Positions 57,472 through 64,000 of a DNA stretch of 64,000 bases are shown here, in pieces. Below the pieces are notes generated by a model. The model did not search any database. It had not been told where the DNA came from and saw only the letters and a list, made by a program, of their open reading frames with translations. Every line of letters begins with the position of its first letter. Position 1 is the stretch's first letter. Source of the DNA: an uncultured Nitrososphaeria archaeon (GTDB lineage: Archaea; Thermoproteota; Nitrososphaeria_A; Caldarchaeales; Wolframiiraptoraceae); assembly GCA_964440495.1 (NCBI GenBank), contig CAYTSD010000001.1, forward strand, positions 3,104-67,103, written 5' to 3'. The position numbers and the translations under genes are program-made.

Positions 57472-58833
57472 GTGTCTGAAAGGCTTCTGGTGAGGGGGAG
57501 CATTGTCGTAACGATGGACGATGAGAGGAGGGTTTTCAGGGACGGTGCGGTGGCTGTTCAGGAAGACGAGATAGTGGCCGTTGGGAAGAGAGCCGACGTT
57601 GAGAGAGGATTCGAGGCAGAGGAGGTAATAGATATTCCGAGGTCAATAGTCTTACCTGGAATAATCTGCGCCCACACCCATCTCTATGGAATAGCTTTGC
57701 GTGGAGCATCTTTAGGGATAAAGCCTCCGACAGACTTTGCTCAAATACTTCAACGTGTCTGGTGGCCTGTTGACGAGAAACTCACAAACGAAGATGCCTA
57801 TGCAACGGCTCTTGCAGCAAGCATAGAGTTTCTGCTTAACGGAGTGACAGCCTTCGCCGACACATACTCTGCTCCAAACAGTATTGAGGGGTCGCTGGAC
57901 GAGATAGCGAAGGCGGTAAACGAGGTTGGAATAAGGGGAATATTGTCCTATGAAGCTACTGAGAGGAGAAGCCGTGAGGAGGGGCTTCGTGGGCTTAGGG
58001 AGAATGAACGGTTCCTCAAACACGGGGTCAGGGGAAGAGCTGCTGGGATGATAAGTCTCCACGCATCCTTCACGGTCACCGACGAACTAATAGCAAAAGC
58101 ATTAGAACTCCAAAGAGAGACTGGAGCAATCATAACAATACATGTCTCAGAAGGTTTGGTCGACCTATACCACAACCTCGAACGCTATGGAAAGAGGACT
58201 GTTGAGAGGCTTAGAGATGTTGGACTGCTCTCCCCGAAGGCTGTTCTCGCACACTGCGTCCAACTAGACGATAAAGAGGTCAACATGCTTGCAGATACGG
58301 GGACGTGGGTGGCGCATAACGCTATGAGCAACATGCTTAACGCCGTCGGGGCGGCTCCCATACCTGAAATGCTCTCTAAGGGTGTAGGCGTAGCCTTGGG
58401 GAATGATGGATACATCTTCGACATGTTCGAGAACATTCGGGCGACATATCTCCTCCACCGCCTCGCTAAGAGAAATCCCAACATAATCTCAGGTAGAAAA
58501 GTCTTGGAGATGGCTACGGTGGATGCTGCGAGAGCCTATGGACTGAGGAGGCTTGGCTCCCTTAAACCTGGGAACAAGGCCGACCTGATAGTTGTCAGAC
58601 CCTCCCTCACACCGACACCCTACACAGGAGACATCTATAGCTGGATAGTGAACGGAGTTAGGGGAGGAGACGTCAAGCTGGTCATGGTTGACGGAGAGAT
58701 TGTAGCACGTGAAGGGAAGCCGACAAGGATAGAGCTTGAGAAAGCCGAGGAAAAAATCTTGAAGACGCATGAAAAACTCTGGGACAGGCTCAAAACAATC
58801 AGTGAGGCCGTCGAGCCTCTCCGATTCAGCTAA
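57472..58833 (+). CDS. SsnA-like amidohydrolase
   Basis: ICAHTHLY, PPTDFAQILQRVWW, SYEATER, LHASFT, IHVSEG, HNAMSNMLNAVG, GNDG. Confidence 0.85.
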   Translation: MSERLLVRGSIVVTMDDERRVFRDGAVAVQEDEIVAVGKRADVERGFEAEEVIDIPRSIVLPGIICAHTHLYGIALRGASLGIKPPTDFAQILQRVWWPVDEKLTNEDAYATALAASIEFLLNGVTAFADTYSAPNSIEGSLDEIAKAVNEVGIRGILSYEATERRSREEGLRGLRENERFLKHGVRGRAAGMISLHASFTVTDELIAKALELQRETGAIITIHVSEGLVDLYHNLERYGKRTVERLRDVGLLSPKAVLAHCVQLDDKEVNMLADTGTWVAHNAMSNMLNAVGAAPIPEMLSKGVGVALGNDGYIFDMFENIRATYLLHRLAKRNPNIISGRKVLEMATVDAARAYGLRRLGSLKPGNKADLIVVRPSLTPTPYTGDIYSWIVNGVRGGDVKLVMVDGEIVAREGKPTRIELEKAEEKILKTHEKLWDRLKTISEAVEPLRFS

Positions 58834-58860
58834 AAGCCATTTAGCGATGTCTCCAAACTG

Positions 58861-60276
58861 TTGTTGGTGAAAAAAGGGTTGACGAGCATACTCGTTGAGG
58901 CACCCTACCTAATCCCTATGGACGGTAGGAGAATAGTCAAGGATGCGGCAGTCTATGTCGAGGGAGACCGGATAGTGGCCGTAGGCAGTGTGAAGGAGGT
59001 TAGAAGAGGAGTCTCTAGACCTGAACACCGTATCCAAGTCGAGAAGGGCGTCATCCTACCTGGACTGATAAACCTCCACGTCCACCTAGCCCAAGCCCTC
59101 CTCAGAGGCGTAGTCCCAGACAACCTCAAACTAATTCCATGGCTTAGAGACTGGGTCTGGCCCCTGCAGGGGGTTTACGATGAAGAGGATGGAAGGGTGA
59201 GCGCCGAGCTATGCATAATGGAGATGCTGCGAGGTGGGACGACGGCTTTCCTCGAGTCGTTGCTCCATCAACGCTACGGCTTCAACGGGATAGCCGAAGC
59301 TGTAAGAGACTCCGGGATACGTGGATACCTCTCCAAGTCAGTGATGGATCAACCTGGATACGCCACCGAGCAGGGGATAATGCACCCGGGGATGATTGAG
59401 GATGAGAGCTCCCTAGAGGTCTTCAAGGCCATGCACTCTAGATGGGATGGAGCCGCCGACGGGAGGATAAGGGTGTGGATAGGGTTGAGGACCCCTGGAG
59501 CATGCAGCGACAACCTCTATAGGGAGGCGGCTTCCCTCGCACAAGAACTCGGCTCAGGGATAACGATGCACCTCGCAGAGGTTAGGGAAGACCTAGAATA
59601 CTTCAAGTCCCGTGGAACAACTCCAGCCGGATTCCTCAGAAGCCTCGGCCTCCTAGGTAGAAGGAGAGTCTATGCTCACTGCGTCTGGCTAGGTGAAGAA
59701 GATATGCGGATGCTGGCTAGCTCAGGCTCCTCCGTCGCCCACTGCCCCTCAAGCAACCTGAAGCTCGGCTCAGGGATAGCGCCGACACCGGAGATGAGGA
59801 GAATTGGCGTAAACGTTGGTTTGGGAACCGATGGAGGGCCAAGCAACGATACCTACGACATGTTCAGGGAGATTAGGTTGGCTGCTCTCCTCCAGAAGGG
59901 TAGAACCTTGAAGCCGGAGTCCTTCAGCGCCTGGGACGCCCTTGAGATGGCTACGGTTGAAGGTGCGAGAGCTTTGGGAGTCGAGGAGGAGATAGGCGCC
60001 CTGAAACCTGGGATGAAGGCAGACCTGATAACCCTATCATTCAACCGCTCAGGCCTCCATCCTCTCTCAGACCCAGTCTCACTCCTCGTATACTCTTCAA
60101 CAGGACTCGACGTAAGAGACGTGATAGTCGATGGGAGACTCGTGGTGGAGGATGGGAAGGTTCTATGGATAGATGAGGAGAAGGTGATGGAGAAGGCTCA
60201 GCGTAGATTCCTCAAGGTCTTGGAGAAGTCTGGAAAGCTAAGAGAGGTTGAGGAGAGATGGCTAAGACGGCGCTGA
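58861..60276 (+). CDS. Amidohydrolase, nucleobase/nucleoside deaminase type (MTA/SAH or 8-oxoguanine deaminase-like)
   Basis: NLHVHLAQ, MHLAE, AHCVWL, HCPSSNLKLGSG, GTDGGPSND. Confidence 0.85.
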   Translation: MLVKKGLTSILVEAPYLIPMDGRRIVKDAAVYVEGDRIVAVGSVKEVRRGVSRPEHRIQVEKGVILPGLINLHVHLAQALLRGVVPDNLKLIPWLRDWVWPLQGVYDEEDGRVSAELCIMEMLRGGTTAFLESLLHQRYGFNGIAEAVRDSGIRGYLSKSVMDQPGYATEQGIMHPGMIEDESSLEVFKAMHSRWDGAADGRIRVWIGLRTPGACSDNLYREAASLAQELGSGITMHLAEVREDLEYFKSRGTTPAGFLRSLGLLGRRRVYAHCVWLGEEDMRMLASSGSSVAHCPSSNLKLGSGIAPTPEMRRIGVNVGLGTDGGPSNDTYDMFREIRLAALLQKGRTLKPESFSAWDALEMATVEGARALGVEEEIGALKPGMKADLITLSFNRSGLHPLSDPVSLLVYSSTGLDVRDVIVDGRLVVEDGKVLWIDEEKVMEKAQRRFLKVLEKSGKLREVEERWLRRR

Positions 60277-60884
60277 TTCTCCCAGCTGCTGGAAAATCAA
60301 CACGCTTCGAGGGAAACAAGCTTCTAGCAAGGCTCAACGATGAAACCCTCATAGAACGTGTCGTCAGAACAGCCCTCAACTCTAAGACCAACCTAGTCAT
60401 CCTAGTAACAGGATTCGAAGCCGATAAGATTCGGGGAGCCTTAAGCAGGATTAGGGATACTCGGCTGCGGATAATCTATAACCCAGACTATGAGCTTGGT
60501 CTGAGTTTTTCTGTTAAAGCTGGTGTAAGAGCTGCGGCGGAGTGGGGGGCGGACGCCTACATAATTCTACCAGCAGACGTGGCGTTCATAGAGTCCCGAG
60601 ACATAGATAGGGTGATTGAGAAGTATCTGGAGACGGGTGCGGAGATTGTCGTGGCCTCCCATAGAGGCAGGCATGGTCACCCAATACTCTTCTCCAGCAA
60701 ACTACTCGGAGAGCTTCTACAGATAGGTGAGGAGACCCGTGGATTGAAGGCCGTGGTTGAGAGGCATCGAGGCTCAGCCGTAGCCGTGGAGGGAAGCATC
60801 TTCACCGTGAGAGACATAGACACGAGAAGAGACTTGGAGGAATGTCTCAGACTATTGAGAGATGCCTCAGCTTCCCGCCTCTGA
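60258..60884 (+). CDS. mocA: Molybdenum cofactor cytidylyltransferase (MocA-like NTP transferase)
   Basis: PAAGKSTRFEGNKLL, NPDYELGLSFS, GHPILF, DIDT; adjacent to xdh genes. Confidence 0.82.
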   Translation: MAKTALILPAAGKSTRFEGNKLLARLNDETLIERVVRTALNSKTNLVILVTGFEADKIRGALSRIRDTRLRIIYNPDYELGLSFSVKAGVRAAAEWGADAYIILPADVAFIESRDIDRVIEKYLETGAEIVVASHRGRHGHPILFSSKLLGELLQIGEETRGLKAVVERHRGSAVAVEGSIFTVRDIDTRRDLEECLRLLRDASASRL

Positions 60885-61662
60885 GCACGCTTATCAACTC
60901 GGCCACGGCCGCCACCGCTATCTCCTCGGGAGAATCAGCTCCGATATCCAGTCCGAGAGGCATGTAGAGTCTTCCTCTAAGCTCCTCCTCACGGTATCCA
61001 CGCTCCCTAAGCCTTCTCAAGAACTCCTGACACTTTCTCCGACTCCCTAGGAGGCCTATGTAGCGTACAGGGGTCTCAAGGGCTTTGAGGAGAGCTCTGT
61101 AATCCTCCTCAACCCCGCCGTAGACTATGACGAGTAGGTCTCCCTCTCTGGGACCAAGTTTCTCGACACCCCTCTCAGGTTCATCGACAACTATCTTCTC
61201 AGCCATGGGAAATCTTTCACGATTAGCGTGGCTTTCATCTCTGTCTGTCACAGCTATCCTGAATCCGACCTCGGAGGCGACTCTAGCTATTGACTGGGCT
61301 AGGTGGCCGGCGCCGACGATTAGGAGCCTCGGAGCAGGTTTAAGCACGTCTATAAACACCTCGGTCTCTCCACCGCATATCAGCCCGGTCTTCTCAGCCT
61401 CTCTCGAGGCCTCCTCCCTAAATGCGTAGCGCTTAGCCCTAGACCTGCCCTCCCGGAGAGCTCTCAAAGCCTCCTCAACAATCATGCGCTCGAACACTCC
61501 CCCGCCGAGCGTCCCAACAACCGAGCCATCGACCCTGACAACCATCCTCGCCCCAACATCCCTTGGAGCAGACCCAATCTTTTTTGTGACGATGACTAAG
61601 GCTACCGGGTTCCCCTTCTCAAGCTCCTCCACAGCCGCCCTAAGCTCCCTCAGATAACTCAT
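60847..61662 (-). CDS. xdhC: XdhC/CoxI-family molybdenum-hydroxylase maturation factor
   Basis: GSAPRDVGARM, GTLGGG, ICGG, GAGHLA, YIGLLGSRRK, PLGLDIGADSPEEIAV. Confidence 0.92.
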   Translation of the reverse strand: MSYLRELRAAVEELEKGNPVALVIVTKKIGSAPRDVGARMVVRVDGSVVGTLGGGVFERMIVEEALRALREGRSRAKRYAFREEASREAEKTGLICGGETEVFIDVLKPAPRLLIVGAGHLAQSIARVASEVGFRIAVTDRDESHANRERFPMAEKIVVDEPERGVEKLGPREGDLLVIVYGGVEEDYRALLKALETPVRYIGLLGSRRKCQEFLRRLRERGYREEELRGRLYMPLGLDIGADSPEEIAVAAVAELISVLRGGKLRHLSIV

Positions 61663-61744
61663 TCAAGGAAGAATCAAACTAAACCCGCTATTATTAGTTA
61701 TGGGGAATTTGTTAAATATGTCTGCATCCATCTAGGCTGGAAGA

Positions 61745-62224
61745 ATGCTTGAGAAGAGATATAGGTTCAACCTTAACGGAGAGTGGGTTGAGGTTGAGGC
61801 GCCTCCAGCCGCAACACTCCTCGAAGTCCTCAGAGACAAATTTCATTTAACTGGAGTGAAGGAGGGATGCGGGAAAGGAGACTGCGGCGCATGCACGGTT
61901 CTTCTCAACGGAAAACCCGTTCACTCATGTCTCACGATAATGGAGCAGGTTCAGGGAGCTGAGATAACAACGGTTGAAGGGCTTTCACGCGGAGGAAAAC
62001 TAGACCCAATCCAGCAAGCTTTCATAGAAGAAGGAGCAATCCAATGCGGATTCTGCACGCCTGGAATGCTTATAGTGGCTAAAGCCCTCTTGATGAGAAA
62101 CCCTAACCCAACAATAGAGGATGTACGTGAAGCTCTAGGTGGAACACTATGTAGATGCACGGGATACGTGAAGCTTGTGAAGGCCATCCTCAAAGCAGCG
62201 GAGCTGATGGGTGAAAGAAGATGA
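61745..62224 (+). CDS. Xanthine dehydrogenase-family 2x[2Fe-2S] subunit
   Basis: GCGKGDCGACTV..CL, QCGFCTPG, LCRCTGY. Confidence 0.95.
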   Translation: MLEKRYRFNLNGEWVEVEAPPAATLLEVLRDKFHLTGVKEGCGKGDCGACTVLLNGKPVHSCLTIMEQVQGAEITTVEGLSRGGKLDPIQQAFIEEGAIQCGFCTPGMLIVAKALLMRNPNPTIEDVREALGGTLCRCTGYVKLVKAILKAAELMGERR

Positions 62225-63108
62225 CATACTACTCCACTCTTCATAAAATCGTTGTCCACAGCCCGGGAAGCCTCGAGGAGGCATTAAGAATACTTGATGA
62301 GAGGAGAGGCGTAAAAATAGTTGCTGGGGGAACAGACCTACTTGTCCAGATTAGAGGAGGTGTAATCGAAGGCAAGGAGCTCCTCAACATATACGGATTA
62401 GATGAGCTGAGATACATCAAGGTTGACGGCAACAGGCTTAGGGTTGGCGCCCTGACAACATTCTCGGAGATAGCTGAATCGGAGCTAGTTAAGAGATACG
62501 CGTCTATCCTAGCTGAGGCCGCTGGCTCGGTTGGTTCTCCACAGATTAGATTTAAGGGAACGCTTGGAGGAAACATCTGTAATGCTTCTCCTTCAGGAGA
62601 CTCTATCCCAGCCCTCTACGCTCTTGACGCCAGACTCGTTCTCCAAAGCATCAACGGGAGACGCGAGGTTCCTATAGAGAGGTTTTTCAAGGGATACAAG
62701 GTTCTCGATCTACGGGAAAACGAGCTTCTCACAGAGATTAATCTTCCTCTAATGGCCGAAGACGAGGATGGAGTCTTCCTAAAATTCTCCCTAAGACTCG
62801 GCGACGCAATCTCGGTGGTCAACACAGCTATCTGGGTTAAGCGCTCTGGGCCTAACAGGTTCTCCGATGCGAGGGTTGCCTTGGGAGCTGTTGCTCCAAC
62901 AATCGTCAGAGCTAGGAAGTGTGAGGATATAGTTAAGTCAGGTGAACTCGACGAGGATAGGATGTGGGATGCCGCTGAGGCGGTGTTAGAGAGCATCTCC
63001 CCGATAACTGATATTCGGGGTAGCGCGGAGTATCGCCGTGAACTCGCCGTGAACCTCGTCTACAAGGCTCTCTGGGAGCTTACCCACCGCGGGAGGATGA
63101 ACCCATGA
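62221..63108 (+). CDS. Xanthine dehydrogenase-family FAD-binding subunit
   Basis: AGGTDL, GSPQIR..GTLGGNICNASP.GD, PITDIRGSAEYR. Confidence 0.95.
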   Translation: MTYYSTLHKIVVHSPGSLEEALRILDERRGVKIVAGGTDLLVQIRGGVIEGKELLNIYGLDELRYIKVDGNRLRVGALTTFSEIAESELVKRYASILAEAAGSVGSPQIRFKGTLGGNICNASPSGDSIPALYALDARLVLQSINGRREVPIERFFKGYKVLDLRENELLTEINLPLMAEDEDGVFLKFSLRLGDAISVVNTAIWVKRSGPNRFSDARVALGAVAPTIVRARKCEDIVKSGELDEDRMWDAAEAVLESISPITDIRGSAEYRRELAVNLVYKALWELTHRGRMNP

Positions 63109-64000
63109 GCTATAGATGGGTAGGTAAGCCTCTTCCAAGAACCGACTCTGAGCCGAAGGTTAAGGGAGAGCTGAGATACCCCTCAGACCTATATCTCCCA
63201 GGAATGCTCTGGGCAGCAACCCATAGAAGCAGGTATCCCCACGCCCTGATTAAGCGGATAGACGTCTCCAAGGCTGAGAGCCTTCCAGGAGTCGTCGCGG
63301 TCCTCACCCATAGAGATGTCCCTGGGGAAAACAGGTATGGGTTGTTCGCTAAGGATAGACCTGTCCTAGCGGATGATAAGGTTAGGTTCTATGGGGAGCC
63401 GATAGCGCTAGTTGCCGCCGAGACTAGGGAGGCTGCTGAGGAAGCCGTTAGGCTGATTGAGGTAGAGTATGAGCCTCTACCCGTTGTAAGCGACCCTCTC
63501 AAGGCGATGGAGCCGGATGCGCCGAGGATTCATGAGGAGGGGAACATAGCTAGGAAGACCCGGATTAGGCTCGGGGACGTTGAGTCAGCCTTCAAGAAGG
63601 CGGAGGTAGCCGTCGAGAACACCTACTACACAGGCTCAGTCGCCCACGCCTTCCTCGAGACAGAGGCGGGTATAGCCTACCTAGACGAGAGCGGGAGGGT
63701 CAACATAATCGCTGGAGGGCAGTCAGCCTACAGAAATAGGAGCCAGATATGTGAAGCCCTAGACCTCCCAGAGGAGAGAGTTAGGGTTGTTAACCCGCAT
63801 GTAGGCGGAGCATTCGGCGGAAAAGACGATGCAACAGTCCAGATACATCTCGCCCTCCTAGCCCTGAAGACAAAGCGTCCAGTAAAGCTCGTCTGGAGCC
63901 GGGAGGAGTCGATGATAGCTGGATTCAAGAGGCATCCAGGGATAATCTGGATGAAGACCGCGGCAGACTCTCAGGGAAACCTCCTAGCACATCAGGTCAA
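63105..64000 (+). CDS. Xanthine dehydrogenase-family molybdopterin-binding large subunit (5' part; runs off the window)
   Basis: Own translation from ATG 63105: MSYRWVGKPLPRTD...KVRFYGEPIALVAAE...HAFLETE...VGGAFGGKDD...SREES..KRHP, no stop codon seen. Confidence 0.93.
   Translation, partial: MSYRWVGKPLPRTDSEPKVKGELRYPSDLYLPGMLWAATHRSRYPHALIKRIDVSKAESLPGVVAVLTHRDVPGENRYGLFAKDRPVLADDKVRFYGEPIALVAAETREAAEEAVRLIEVEYEPLPVVSDPLKAMEPDAPRIHEEGNIARKTRIRLGDVESAFKKAEVAVENTYYTGSVAHAFLETEAGIAYLDESGRVNIIAGGQSAYRNRSQICEALDLPEERVRVVNPHVGGAFGGKDDATVQIHLALLALKTKRPVKLVWSREESMIAGFKRHPGIIWMKTAADSQGNLLAHQV

Noticed and set aside
1..64000. CRISPR arrays, rRNA, IS/integrase genes, inteins, and Sec/Pyl read-through
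   Set aside because: No periodic repeats, rRNA-like tracts or recombinase motifs seen; RNAP and other genes have normal lengths; no gene appears interrupted by an in-frame TGA/TAG. This is by-eye inspection only

Overview
Gene-dense chromosomal window of about 65 CDS from a probably thermophilic archaeon of the TACK group. The unsplit RpoB and unsplit RpoA (A'+A'' fused) point to the Nitrososphaeria/'Aigarchaeota'- or Korarchaeota-type arrangement; this is inference. About 1.7-18.6 kb is a broken-up RNA polymerase/str superoperon: rpoH-[DUF4349]-rpoB-rpoA-rpl30e-nusA-[ppsA, UPF0146]-rps12-[HD]-rps7 (inverted)-EF1A-pyrH, then an intron-containing tRNA-Leu(TAA) bracketed by an exact 26-bp direct repeat. 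The middle is mixed housekeeping: thiolase, MoxR/DUF58 membrane operon, PINA, RadB-like, GdhA, tRNA-modification enzymes, Fno, Alba, separated NnrD/NnrE, and a KaiC-like ATPase coupled to an AEP primase-like gene. It also holds two eukaryote-like membrane proteins, one OSTC/DC2-like and one presenilin-like. From 49.4 kb to the end is a purine/nucleoside uptake and catabolism cluster: BMP-type ABC transporter, hydantoinase/dihydropyrimidinase, Mer-like LLM oxidoreductase, NifX-like protein, SsnA-like and second amidohydrolase, MocA, XdhC and a three-subunit xanthine-dehydrogenase-family enzyme truncated at the edge. This cluster is my best candidate for an undescribed system: a possible archaeal, F420-dependent variant of reductive purine/urate (or pyrimidine) degradation. 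No CRISPR array, rRNA, transposase or integrase was seen. All calls come from reading motifs by eye; no database searches were run.
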